Source of the DNA: an uncultured virus (IMG/VR IMGVR_UViG_3300032287_003803)
Taxonomy: Duplodnaviria > Heunggongvirae > Uroviricota > Caudoviricetes
DNA length: 64,000 nucleotides
Reading direction: 5' to 3' (one strand)
IMG/VR virus record: IMGVR_UViG_3300032287_003803
The position numbers and the translations under genes are program-made. Numbering within the stretch: position 1 is the stretch's first letter; each line of letters starts with the position of its first letter. The notes under the pieces are model-generated. The model worked only from the letters and a program-made list of their open reading frames with translations, searched no databases and was not told the DNA's origin. Positions 18,873 to 28,739 of the stretch are shown one piece after another.

Positions 18873-19497
18873 TTTACTAAGATTCGATTTCAATCAAAAA
18901 TACATCATTCTGGACACAGAAACAGAAGGACTTAATCTACTTCATTCAAGACCCTGGCAAATCGCATGGATTGAAGCTGTTGGTAAGAAGATCATTTCTC
19001 GCCAAGAGAGATACATCTATTGGCCAGACTTTAAAATCAGTGATGGTGCAGCGAAAATCACTGGTTTTAATTATGATAAATATCGTGATCTTGCTCGCGA
19101 TCCAAAAGAAGTTTGGGACGAATTTGCTGCTTTTTTAGAAAAGGACAGCAATAAAATCATTGGCCAAAATATTCTTGGATTTGATGTTTACATGCTTAAT
19201 TCTTGGAGAAGAGCGATGGGTTTAGATTCAAGCTTTGACTATGTTGACCGTGTGCTTGATACAAAAGCTTTAGCAATGGCTATCGCCAAGGAATGCAGGT
19301 CTGTTGACTGCGATGACCTTATCTGCTGGCAATATCGCTGGTTAAATCATCGCGAAAAAGGAATTAAAACCAGTCAAGCTCACTTGTTAAAGCATTATGA
19401 GATTCCTCATGATGTTAGTCGTTTGCACGACGCAGTTTATGACATTGAAATGACATTCCAAATTTTTCAGAAACAAATCTTTGAACTAGAAATCTAA
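18862..19497 (+). CDS. dnaQ: DEDDh 3'-5' exonuclease (DnaQ/epsilon-like)
   Basis: ExoI LDTETEG, ExoII GQNILGFD and ExoIII HDAVYD. Confidence 0.85.
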   Translation: MKDNLLRFDFNQKYIILDTETEGLNLLHSRPWQIAWIEAVGKKIISRQERYIYWPDFKISDGAAKITGFNYDKYRDLARDPKEVWDEFAAFLEKDSNKIIGQNILGFDVYMLNSWRRAMGLDSSFDYVDRVLDTKALAMAIAKECRSVDCDDLICWQYRWLNHREKGIKTSQAHLLKHYEIPHDVSRLHDAVYDIEMTFQIFQKQIFELEI

Positions 19498-22052
19498 TGA
19501 TCGAAAACTTCCAAAAATATCAGCAGCCAACACTTCCTGGAGTAAAACTTCCACAAATCATCATTGAACAAAAATACTATGATATTCTGGGAATCCCAAA
19601 TACATCTTCAAATTATCAGTTTCTTCGTAAGCTATGTCACAAGGGAGTTTTAGAAAAAGAAATTGACAAAAAACAAAACGCTCAAATTTATTATGAGCGC
19701 GTAAAAACAGAGCTTAGCTTATTTGAAGAGCTTGGGTTTATTGATTATGTTCTCTTAAATTGGGACATTTTAAAATTCTGTCATGAGAATGAAATTCCTA
19801 CTGGGCCAGGGCGCGGTTCTGCCGCTGGCTCTTTGGTACTCTATTTAGTTGGAGTAACTAAAGTTGACCCTATCGAATATGATCTTTACTTTGAAAGGTT
19901 TGTTTCTAAAAGCCGAGCAAAGAAAATCATTGTAAATGGAGAGATATTTCTTGACGGCTCGCTTGCTCCAGACGTTGATAACGATATTGCTTATGAACGC
20001 CGCAAAGAAGTGATTAAATTTATTGAACAAAAATACTCTGGTAAAACATGCAAAATTCTTACGCTCAATACTTTGAGCAGTAAACTTTGCGTAAAGGAAT
20101 GCGGAAAACTTGTTGGCGAGTTACCAGAATCATCAGTAAATGAAATCAGCGACTTGATTCCCAAGAAATTTGGGAAAGTTGCAAGCCTCAAAAATGCTTG
20201 CCAAGAAAATGACAAGTTTAGAGAATGGGCGAATGAAAATAAAAAAATCTTTGAAATTGCTCAAAAGCTTGAGGGCTTAATTAAAAATACTGGCGTTCAC
20301 CCATCAGGCATTGCAATTAGTCACTATGACTTGGAAGAGATTATGCCTCTTCAAACAACGGGAGAAGGCGATCTTGTTTCTGGCTATGACATGAATGATG
20401 TTGCTAGTTTGTGTGTTAAGTTTGATATTCTTGGCTTGCGCACTCTTTCAGTTATTCATGATGTCTGTAAGCAGATTGGTTTTGACATCACAAAACTAGA
20501 TATGCAGAGCGAAGAGATTTATAGCTATCTACAAAATCTACAAACTCCTCAAGGACTGTTTCAAATTGAAGCTGATACAAACTTCAAAGTCGCTCAAAAA
20601 GTGAGGCCCAAAAATCTAGAACAGCTTTCTGCTGTGGTGGCTATTGCTCGTCCTGGAGCTTTGGACTTCTTGGACCGATATGCCCACTATGTTAATGTTG
20701 GTGATTTTCAAAGTGTGCATCCTTTCTTTGATGATGTTCTTCAATACACTGGCGGTATTCCATTGTATCAGGAGCAGCTAATGAGAATGGCAGTGAAAGT
20801 AGGCTTTACTCTTGACGAGTCTGAGCAGCTTCGCCGCATTGTAGGAAAGAAAAAAGTGGATCAAATGGCGGCTTGGCAAGATAAAATTAAGGAAAAAATT
20901 GAACAAAACAATCTTGATCCTGTCATTGGAGAAGTGCTATGGAAAGTTGCAGAAGATTCTGCAAACTATTCTTTCAACAAATCCCACTCCATTTCTTATG
21001 CGATTCTTGCTGCATGGACTCTTTATCTAAAGTTTAAACATCCTCAGTATTTCTTTTTGAGCTTGTTGAAAATGACGCAGTTTGAACCTGATTCATACTC
21101 AGAGATTAACAAAATCACCCAAGAGCTTCCTTATTTCGATATAAAGCTTTTGGCCCCAGACCTCACAAAATCCAAGACTGACTTCTCAATCGAGAAAAAA
21201 GATATTCGTTATGGATTAAACAGCATCAAAGGCATTTCAGATAATACCATGAGTGCTCTAATGGAGTTTTGCAATGCTGAATTAAAAAACAAATACGATG
21301 TTTTTTCAGTGGCTAAGCAAGCTGGATTAAATATTGGTGCTTTGTCTGCGCTTGTGCAAGCTGGAGCATTGAATAGCTTTTCGGAAGATCGCTGCCGAAT
21401 GGTGTTGGAAGCTCAGTCATTTAACATTCTAACTGATAGAGAGAAGCGTTTGTTTTGCTCTTTGGGCGAGAAATATGACTTTGATATTTTGAAAACAATT
21501 CATGATTGCGTTAAAAATAAACAAATTGGCGATGATAACAAACCGATCATGAGCGATAAAAGGTTTCAAACCTTCAAGCAAAAATATGCTGGCTATCGAG
21601 AAATCTACGACAAAAACTCAAAATATCCAAAATTTGCCAATTGGTATTTTGAAACTAAATTGCTTGGATACTCTTATTCGCAAATTGTTAAAAATATCTT
21701 TTCGGAAGAAGATTCAGAAAAATATGTGAATTGCATGACTTTCAACTCTCTTGACATCAATGAAAACGTGCGTATCGTAGGCGTTGTAAAAGACTGCTTC
21801 CGCAAGAAAAGCTCTAATGGAAACAAATATGCAAAACTTGAAATCGCTGATGAAACAGGAAAAGTTAAAGCTATGCTTCTTGATTCTCGTCAAAAAGCTA
21901 GACTAACAGAATATCTTGATAACGGCAATAAATTGCCAAAAGAAGAAAGCATTGTGATCATAACTGGTAAAAAAGGAGAAGATATATTATTCGTAGATAA
22001 ACTGGCCATCTTGGATGAGAAAATTTATATGAAACTGTCTGAAATTAAATAG
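19497..22052 (+). CDS. dnaE: DNA polymerase III alpha catalytic part (lacks PHP domain)
   Basis: GPGRGSAAGSLV, FERF, PDVDND, HPSG, KFDILGL, YQEQLM, FNKSHS and a C-terminal OB fold. Confidence 0.95.
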   Translation: MIENFQKYQQPTLPGVKLPQIIIEQKYYDILGIPNTSSNYQFLRKLCHKGVLEKEIDKKQNAQIYYERVKTELSLFEELGFIDYVLLNWDILKFCHENEIPTGPGRGSAAGSLVLYLVGVTKVDPIEYDLYFERFVSKSRAKKIIVNGEIFLDGSLAPDVDNDIAYERRKEVIKFIEQKYSGKTCKILTLNTLSSKLCVKECGKLVGELPESSVNEISDLIPKKFGKVASLKNACQENDKFREWANENKKIFEIAQKLEGLIKNTGVHPSGIAISHYDLEEIMPLQTTGEGDLVSGYDMNDVASLCVKFDILGLRTLSVIHDVCKQIGFDITKLDMQSEEIYSYLQNLQTPQGLFQIEADTNFKVAQKVRPKNLEQLSAVVAIARPGALDFLDRYAHYVNVGDFQSVHPFFDDVLQYTGGIPLYQEQLMRMAVKVGFTLDESEQLRRIVGKKKVDQMAAWQDKIKEKIEQNNLDPVIGEVLWKVAEDSANYSFNKSHSISYAILAAWTLYLKFKHPQYFFLSLLKMTQFEPDSYSEINKITQELPYFDIKLLAPDLTKSKTDFSIEKKDIRYGLNSIKGISDNTMSALMEFCNAELKNKYDVFSVAKQAGLNIGALSALVQAGALNSFSEDRCRMVLEAQSFNILTDREKRLFCSLGEKYDFDILKTIHDCVKNKQIGDDNKPIMSDKRFQTFKQKYAGYREIYDKNSKYPKFANWYFETKLLGYSYSQIVKNIFSEEDSEKYVNCMTFNSLDINENVRIVGVVKDCFRKKSSNGNKYAKLEIADETGKVKAMLLDSRQKARLTEYLDNGNKLPKEESIVIITGKKGEDILFVDKLAILDEKIYMKLSEIK

Positions 22053-22057
22053 TGTAA
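22052..22057 (+). promoter_or_regulatory. GTGTAA putative phage promoter element
   Basis: 10 nt before ATG 22068. Confidence 0.55.
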
Positions 22058-22067
22058 AAACATGAGG

Positions 22068-24449
22068 ATGAAAAAACTTAACTTGACCCCGCGTGTCAAA
22101 AAAGCCTTGGAGCAAGCCCAAGAACTTGCGAAGTCTTTGGGGCATGAGAGAATCAATTGCGCACACATGTTTAAGGCCATCATGGAATTAGATTATCCTA
22201 TGTTCCGAACTGTTTTGCGTCCATTCATGGTTAATCAGTATGAATTGGCAGAAAAGATTATTCCTTTTGTAGAAGAGAATCATCCAGACTTCTTTAAAAA
22301 GAAAGCTAATGAAAAGACTTGGCATAATGAAATTGAAGAAATACTTAAATTCGCAAACGAAACAAGCGGCAATTTAAAACAGGAATACATTGGCGTAGAG
22401 CATATTTTATATGCTTTAATAGTCACTTCTCCAACAGTGCGTGGATTTTTGGAACACAAACATTTTCCAATTGATGATTTTGCCGAATTACTAATTAATC
22501 ATTTGGACCCAAATTCTGTCAAGAAAAAAGTCGAAACAGAACCTGAAACTCAAGAAGACACTGCTATCAAGCAGACTTATGTTAAAAAATACTGCACAAA
22601 TCTAACCGAACTAGCCACAAATAATAAATTAAATAATGTCTATGGCAGAGATGTTGAAATTGCAACTCTTGCAGAGACTTTCTTAAGAAAAACAAAGAAT
22701 AACATTATTCTCATTGGCGATCCTGGCGTAGGCAAAACAGCCATCGTTGAAGGTTTGGCTTACAAGATTATTGTTGATGAAACCACTCCTCTATTAAAGA
22801 ACAAGATTTTGATCTCATTGAACATGGCATCCATGATCGCTGGCACAAAATATCGCGGCCAATTTGAGCAAAGATTCCAAGGGCTTCTTGATGAACTCAA
22901 AGAAAATAGCAATTTTATCATTTTCATTGATGAAATTCACACTATGATTGGTGCTGGTAATGGAGAGGGAGCACTAGATGTGGCAAACATGCTCAAACCT
23001 GCTTTGGCTCGCGGAGAAATCACTTGTATTGGCGCTACAACACATGCTGAATACAAGAAGCTGTTTGAGAAGGACGGTGCGTTAAAACGCCGCTTTGAAG
23101 CTATTACAATTGAAGAGCCAGACAATCTTCAAACCAAAAAGATTCTCATGTCCTCAAAAAAACAATTTGAAGACTTTCATGGAGTGGTTTATTCAGAACA
23201 GATTATTGAAGACATTATTTTCCTTTGTGAGAAATATGTTCCTTACAAAAAATTTCCTGACAAAGCTTTCGACATGCTGGATTTGCTAGGATCAAGAGTA
23301 AAAATTGCTAACTTTGCCATTCCTAAAAAAATCAAGAATCTCGAAAAGAAAATCCAAAAGAACCTCAACAACATCAAGAACCCAAAACACTCAAACGAGT
23401 GCGAAAAAATGATTGAGGAGTTTGGCAAAAAATTAATTGAATGGTCTGAAAAAGGTCGCAAATTTATTCCAATCTCAACAGATCATATCATTGATGTTTT
23501 TTCTGAAAAGCTAGGAATCAATAAAAATAAAATTATTTTCGCAAACAACCTACAAAATGAAGACATTTTCGAGACTCTTAAAAATGATATTTTTGGCCAA
23601 GACGAGGCTTTGGTAAAAATTAGCGACATTCTAATCTGCTCAAAAGCTGGTCTTAAACCCAAAAACAAACCAATGGGCAAATTTTTATTTGTTGGCCCAA
23701 CAGGAGTTGGCAAAACTTGGACAGCCAAGTTGATTGCTGAAAAGTTCTTCGGCAACGAAAAGAGTTTATTGAAACTTGACATGAGCGAGTATCAAGAGTC
23801 AAGTTCAATCAATAAATTAATTGGTTCTGCTATTGGATATGTAAAATGTGAAGAAGGCGGCATACTAACAGAGTTTGTTAGAAATCGACCAAACAGCGTA
23901 ATTCTTTTTGACGAAATTGAAAAGTCTCATAGAGACATCAACAATTTACTGCTTCAAATTTTGGATGATGGCTATGTGACTGACAGCATGGGTCGCAAAA
24001 TTGACTTCTCAAACTCCATCATTATTCTCACAAGTAATCTTGGCCACGAACAAGTTTCCAAAGCGTCAATGGGTTTCTTGCCAGTTCAAGACGATCAAGA
24101 TTCTAAATATAAAAAATCAATCGAGAACTTTTTTAAGCCAGAATTTCTGGCCAGATTAGACGATGTTGTTGTATTTAATAAGATTTCGAAGAACGAGTTT
24201 AAGAAAATATTTGATAAAATGATTCAAAAAACATGCGAGTCTCTTCATCAAAACAATAAAAAAATTCACATCTCGGAAGATACAAAAGAGTTTTTATTGA
24301 AAAAGATTGAAGAAAACGACAACAACGCTCGATCCATTCAAAAAGTCTATCGTCAATATTTGGAAATTCCATTAGCTAAATTTATGCTTCAAAATCCCAA
24401 TCCAGAAATTTCTGCAAAAATCTCTGATGCTAAGGTAATATTTGAATGA
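22068..24449 (+). CDS. clpC: ClpC/ClpA-like AAA+ unfoldase
   Basis: Clp N-domain repeats, GDPGVGKT, AGTKYRGQFE, IDEIH, GPTGVGKT, DMSEY, FDEIEK, MGF loop and PEFLARLD. Alternative start at 22062. Confidence 0.88.
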   Translation: MKKLNLTPRVKKALEQAQELAKSLGHERINCAHMFKAIMELDYPMFRTVLRPFMVNQYELAEKIIPFVEENHPDFFKKKANEKTWHNEIEEILKFANETSGNLKQEYIGVEHILYALIVTSPTVRGFLEHKHFPIDDFAELLINHLDPNSVKKKVETEPETQEDTAIKQTYVKKYCTNLTELATNNKLNNVYGRDVEIATLAETFLRKTKNNIILIGDPGVGKTAIVEGLAYKIIVDETTPLLKNKILISLNMASMIAGTKYRGQFEQRFQGLLDELKENSNFIIFIDEIHTMIGAGNGEGALDVANMLKPALARGEITCIGATTHAEYKKLFEKDGALKRRFEAITIEEPDNLQTKKILMSSKKQFEDFHGVVYSEQIIEDIIFLCEKYVPYKKFPDKAFDMLDLLGSRVKIANFAIPKKIKNLEKKIQKNLNNIKNPKHSNECEKMIEEFGKKLIEWSEKGRKFIPISTDHIIDVFSEKLGINKNKIIFANNLQNEDIFETLKNDIFGQDEALVKISDILICSKAGLKPKNKPMGKFLFVGPTGVGKTWTAKLIAEKFFGNEKSLLKLDMSEYQESSSINKLIGSAIGYVKCEEGGILTEFVRNRPNSVILFDEIEKSHRDINNLLLQILDDGYVTDSMGRKIDFSNSIIILTSNLGHEQVSKASMGFLPVQDDQDSKYKKSIENFFKPEFLARLDDVVVFNKISKNEFKKIFDKMIQKTCESLHQNNKKIHISEDTKEFLLKKIEENDNNARSIQKVYRQYLEIPLAKFMLQNPNPEISAKISDAKVIFE

Positions 24450-24470
24450 GAGCAGCGTAATTATTGAGCA

Positions 24471-24686
24471 ATGAATACTCGAACAAATAATATTGTTAGC
24501 GCGATGCGCTCTAGTCGTGGCCGTTTCTTCGGCCTTACCACCACTCAAGGTAATTCCGTGAATGGTCGTTTCGTCTCTGAAACCCCAAAGTATGTGCGCG
24601 TCTATGACCGAAACCGCAACGAAAACCTTACTCTCGCCAAGAGCAGCTTAGCTGCCTATCGGCAAGGCAGTAACGTAATCGCCTAA
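24471..24686 (+). CDS. small basic hypothetical protein
   Basis: 71-aa ORF preceded by GCGTAA and followed by a terminator. Confidence 0.7.
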   Translation: MNTRTNNIVSAMRSSRGRFFGLTTTQGNSVNGRFVSETPKYVRVYDRNRNENLTLAKSSLAAYRQGSNVIA

Positions 24687-24703
24687 CTGAAAAAACATAA
24701 ATC

Positions 24704-24735
24704 AGAAACCCCTCGAAATCGAGGGGTTTCTTTTT
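24704..24735 (+). terminator. rho-independent terminator
   Basis: AGAAACCCCTCG-aaat-CGAGGGGTTTCT followed by a T-run. Confidence 0.85.
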
Positions 24736-24744
24736 ATTATAATT

Positions 24745-25794
24745 ATGCCAAGAATCACTAATCTTTTTAATGAAAAAGTTTATATTTTCTCTAGACAAGA
24801 TGAGGTCTATGAAAACGAAAAGGTTTTAATTGAAAAAATCTTTTTAGAAAAAGACCTTGGCCAAATTCAGAAAATTGACTTTATTGACGCGAACATCAAT
24901 AATGATATTTTTTCTGTAAAAACTTCTTTGGGTACATTTTGCATTAAACTATCCTTGGATCAGAACTCTTCTAACTTTCAAAAAGAATTCAATATTCTTC
25001 AGAAGAATATCAATAAAAAAATTAGCACTTATGCAGTGGCGCATGGCTTGGATAACTCTGTTGAATATCTCATTACTGCATATCTTCCAATGCCAAATAT
25101 TGCCAGCGCTGGCATTTTATCTGTGGTGGATCAAGACTATTCCATACCGTTCTTTTTGAATAGACTGTCTCAATTTGAAGCAGTTGACGATCTTTCTTCA
25201 ATGTCTAGTTATTTGGATCATTATTTGAATTTTGATATTTTTAAAGTTCCAGATGTGGAAATTGATTGGCTAGAAAATCATAACAAGTTAAAAAAAATCC
25301 TGTCTGAAGAGATTTTATACATACAAAATATCTTAAAAAATAAAAAGAATTTAGTCAATCTTGAAGCCGATGAACTATGTCATGGAAATCTTAATCAGTC
25401 CACAATGTTGATTTTTGGAGACTATATTCATGCAATTAATTGGGAAGACGCTTATAAAGGAGATTCTTTGTTGGATATTTTATCTCTTAGGTATGAATTT
25501 TTCTTTAATGAAATATTCGAAGACCAAATGATTAAAAAATATTGTGAGTTTTCAAAAAAGCAAATAGACCCTCAATACTTAAGAAAGATGAAAACATTCG
25601 CTGGCTATTTTAATCTTTTAAAGATCATGGTAGAATATTTAAAACAAGTTTATATTCTGAAAGCTTACAAAAAGAACAAAGTTTTGAATTGCGCAATCAA
25701 GTTTAGCAAAAACTACGATGCTTTTTATCAACTTCCTGGCTTCGATAAAAAGCTAAAACCAATAGCTGAATTTTTTGTAGAAAGTGTAATTTAA
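24745..25794 (+). CDS. APH/choline-kinase-fold protein, probable pseudokinase
   Basis: FCIKL..KEF.IL, LCHGNL..STML, INWEDA and GD.LLD. Confidence 0.65.
   Translation: MPRITNLFNEKVYIFSRQDEVYENEKVLIEKIFLEKDLGQIQKIDFIDANINNDIFSVKTSLGTFCIKLSLDQNSSNFQKEFNILQKNINKKISTYAVAHGLDNSVEYLITAYLPMPNIASAGILSVVDQDYSIPFFLNRLSQFEAVDDLSSMSSYLDHYLNFDIFKVPDVEIDWLENHNKLKKILSEEILYIQNILKNKKNLVNLEADELCHGNLNQSTMLIFGDYIHAINWEDAYKGDSLLDILSLRYEFFFNEIFEDQMIKKYCEFSKKQIDPQYLRKMKTFAGYFNLLKIMVEYLKQVYILKAYKKNKVLNCAIKFSKNYDAFYQLPGFDKKLKPIAEFFVESVI
25784..25789 (+). promoter_or_regulatory. GTGTAA putative phage promoter element
   Basis: 9 nt before ATG 25799. Confidence 0.55.
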
Positions 25795-25798
25795 TTAT

Positions 25799-26002
25799 AT
25801 GCCTTTACCAACTCCATCAAAAAAAGAAAAAGAACAAGAATTTGTTAGCCGCTGCATGGCGGATGATATGATGAACAAAGATTATAAAGATCAAAAACAA
25901 AGAGCCGCAGTTTGTTATTCTCAATTCAAGCGCAGAATGAAAAACAAAGGCGAAGCCTCTTGGGACGACGTTCGCAAGGGAGACTCTCTCGGATTAGTGT
26001 AA
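25799..26002 (+). CDS. small conserved phage protein
   Basis: MPLPTP...EFVSRCM...QRAAVCY. Confidence 0.7.
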   Translation: MPLPTPSKKEKEQEFVSRCMADDMMNKDYKDQKQRAAVCYSQFKRRMKNKGEASWDDVRKGDSLGLV

Positions 26003-26021
26003 TTATACCAAAGGTAAAAGG
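25997..26021 (+). promoter_or_regulatory. GTGTAA element followed by AAGG-N3-AAGG leader
   Basis: GTGTAA at 25997 and AAGGTAAAAGG at 26011-26021, ahead of ATG 26028. Confidence 0.5.
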
Positions 26022-26027
26022 AAAAAT

Positions 26028-27716
26028 ATGGCAACTTACGTTCTTCAAAACTCTGCTCAGCAAATTGACCAAGCTGTTACAGCAGCTTATTCTGGTCTTG
26101 TTTTAGGTGGTACAGGATTAGCTCGCACAACTGGCACTCAAACAATTAGCGGCGTTAAAACTTTTGCTGATCAAGTTGTATTTTCTAGTGGAGCTATTCT
26201 AGGCAATCCAACAGAACTAAACGCTGTTAAAACCATCATTCCAACAGGCAATGCTAATGTGGATTTGGGAAGCTCTTCTAACCGATTTAAAACTGGCTGG
26301 TTCAGCGGAATTTCTGGCTCAGTTGGCGTTTTCCAAAACTTAACTGTTTTAGGAACCTTAAACGCCACAATTGTTCCAGCTTCAACACTAGACGGTTCCA
26401 CAGGTAATAATGTTACTCTTTCTGGCACAACAAATTTAAACAATGCTAATTTTAGTGGAAACATTAATTCTGCTGGAACAAATACTTTTAGTGGCAATTT
26501 GAATGTTACTGGAAATTCCGTTTTTAACGGAACCATTACTGCTACTGGCAATAAAACATTTTCTGGAAGCTTTTCTCAAACAGGAAGCTCTAGTTTCTTT
26601 GGTGATTTTACGCAGTCTGGAACTCTGTTTTCAACAGGAACTTGGAACCATACTGGAAATTTTAACCAAACTGGTAGCTCCGCTTTTTTAGGCAGCGTTT
26701 CAATTAATAGTCCCAATGCTGCCTTTAACTTTTCTGGAGATAATTCGAATTTTAATATTATTTCTAATTTTGGAGTTAGTGGCGTAGTCAATATCACTGG
26801 TAGTTGCAACATTACAGGCGCTCAACACGCCATTGCTGGCAATATTATTCATACTGGTAGTTTTAATCATTCAGGAGCGACAATCTTAATTGGGGAAACA
26901 AGAAACACTGGAGATTTTTCTGTAGTTGGAAATTCTTCATTCAGCGGTGGTGTAGTTTTTACTGGTCGCGCAACAATCACAAGCGGCGTTAATGTTAGTG
27001 GAACTTCTTCTGCTCCAGCGCTAGTATTGAATCGTAATTTAACAACAACTCCTTCTGGCGGAGCAATTGAATATGGTAATGATGGAAGATTTTATTTTAG
27101 TAATGAAATCTCTGGAGCGCCAAATAGAACATTGTTAAATCAAGTTCACACTTATGTTTCTCCGCAGCAATTTTTTGTAGGAAATGCTGGTACTGGAGTC
27201 ACAAGTTTTTTATTAGGCAGCACTGGTATTTATCTTAATACTGGAACTTATCATATTAATTACAATACTAGACTAACAAAAGGTGGAACGTCAAGAGCTA
27301 TTTGGCTGGGAATTACTGGGAGCGCCAATAATTTTACTCAAAAATTTGGTGTCGCTTCAAAACTTACTTATGCTTATTACTCATATTACGAAAACTCTTA
27401 TTCAAGAATTATTTCTGGCGACACCGCTAGTTCGGCTGTTTTCCAAAGTGGAGCCAATGCAACTTATACAGAGGGCGATTTAGGTATAGATATTTCGACA
27501 GATGATAGATTTCTTAAGTATTTTACTTTTGATTGTGTTGTTACAATCACTGGAAATACTAAAGTTCAACCATTCTTCAGAATCAATCCTGGAGAAACTT
27601 CAATGACTACTACAGAATCTGTAACTGGCACTCAATTCAATATGCGCGTTACTCAATTAACCACTGGTACTGGAGTTGGCTTAGCCTCTGCATCTGGTCC
27701 TTGGAGCAATGCTTAA
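26028..27716 (+). CDS. putative tail fibre / beta-helical virion protein
   Basis: TGTQTISGVKTF fibre motif and about 6-residue G/S/T/N repeats. Confidence 0.7.
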   Translation: MATYVLQNSAQQIDQAVTAAYSGLVLGGTGLARTTGTQTISGVKTFADQVVFSSGAILGNPTELNAVKTIIPTGNANVDLGSSSNRFKTGWFSGISGSVGVFQNLTVLGTLNATIVPASTLDGSTGNNVTLSGTTNLNNANFSGNINSAGTNTFSGNLNVTGNSVFNGTITATGNKTFSGSFSQTGSSSFFGDFTQSGTLFSTGTWNHTGNFNQTGSSAFLGSVSINSPNAAFNFSGDNSNFNIISNFGVSGVVNITGSCNITGAQHAIAGNIIHTGSFNHSGATILIGETRNTGDFSVVGNSSFSGGVVFTGRATITSGVNVSGTSSAPALVLNRNLTTTPSGGAIEYGNDGRFYFSNEISGAPNRTLLNQVHTYVSPQQFFVGNAGTGVTSFLLGSTGIYLNTGTYHINYNTRLTKGGTSRAIWLGITGSANNFTQKFGVASKLTYAYYSYYENSYSRIISGDTASSAVFQSGANATYTEGDLGIDISTDDRFLKYFTFDCVVTITGNTKVQPFFRINPGETSMTTTESVTGTQFNMRVTQLTTGTGVGLASASGPWSNA

Positions 27717-27718
27717 TC

Positions 27719-28378
27719 ATGGCCTATCTAAATCACAACGTTCCCACAATCACTTGCTTAATTCGTAACGAATACTTGTTTAATCATGAAAAAGGGCACG
27801 GCGAATACACATCAGCAGATGTTCATTCAGTTGCCTCAATTGAAAAAAGAGTGCCGCTTTTTGAAGCTTATTTAGATAACGGCGTAAACTGGACGCGCCG
27901 ACCAATCACAGCGTTTTGCTGGAAACCTTGCGATCCAGTGCCTCTTGAGCACGCAATGTATTGGGACTGCTTCAGTCCCTACGTTGATGTTCAAGTGCGT
28001 CAGAGGCTCAAAGGATTGAGAGCAAAGCTCATCACGCCATCCAACACCAAAGAAGTTGGTGAATACCTCTTTACTCTTGACTGGAGTTGGGAAAACAAAA
28101 GCATTTTAGACACTAATTTTAGCGAAACTCCAGAGCATAAATGCGCTCATTTCTTTAAAATGGATAACGGCAATTTCTACGCCTACCCAAATAATCGCAT
28201 CGTCTGGCATGACGACGCATGGGTAAAAGAACCGATTGATAAAAATCCAGGTTACAAAATTGATTTAAACATTTATTCTGTGGAAAACAAGAGAACTAAA
28301 TTTACAGATTATAGTTACATCACTGAATTCTCAGATGCGCCAATCAATCATCCAGAACCTAAAACTGCCACAATGTAA
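27719..28378 (+). CDS. hypothetical phage protein
   Basis: MAYLNHNVP...WDCFS...EHKCAH...GNFYAYPNNR; no function recognised. Confidence 0.7.
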   Translation: MAYLNHNVPTITCLIRNEYLFNHEKGHGEYTSADVHSVASIEKRVPLFEAYLDNGVNWTRRPITAFCWKPCDPVPLEHAMYWDCFSPYVDVQVRQRLKGLRAKLITPSNTKEVGEYLFTLDWSWENKSILDTNFSETPEHKCAHFFKMDNGNFYAYPNNRIVWHDDAWVKEPIDKNPGYKIDLNIYSVENKRTKFTDYSYITEFSDAPINHPEPKTATM

Positions 28379-28739
28379 ATTAGGAGTTTCTAAAATTCCT
28401 AACGCTGCAATTGGAGTTTTTACGCTTTCAGAAATTCCCAAAGATTATCTAGTTTTTGGCCCAAGAGGAAAAAATTATTTTATCCGTTGGGAAGAATTAT
28501 CCGACGTATCGGAAAATGTCTTGGACTATATTAAGAGCATTTGCCATTCAAACGAAGAGGGTTTTTTCATTGACTCTTTTCTGGATCAAATAGATATTAG
28601 TTTTTATGTCAATCATTCTGAAACACCAAATCTACTTCATGACGAAAATGCAGATGTTTATTACGCATCAAGAAAGATAGAAATTGGTGAAGAATTGACT
28701 CTTTTTTATCCAGAAGAAGAGAGAGACTGGATCAATTAA
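28335..28739 (+). CDS. SET-domain protein-lysine methyltransferase
   Basis: S.I...IGVF...IPK, YVNHSETPN and IEIGEELTLFY. Confidence 0.85.
   Translation: MRQSIIQNLKLPQCKLGVSKIPNAAIGVFTLSEIPKDYLVFGPRGKNYFIRWEELSDVSENVLDYIKSICHSNEEGFFIDSFLDQIDISFYVNHSETPNLLHDENADVYYASRKIEIGEELTLFYPEEERDWIN

Noticed and set aside
18123..22052. Split-intein (cyanobacterial-type) DnaE
   Set aside because: No intein N- or C-terminal motifs at the ORF ends, and the split point is the PHP-palm linker.
26028..27716. About 19 N-x-S/T sequons suggesting N-glycosylation
   Set aside because: Roughly what the very high N, S and T content would give by chance.
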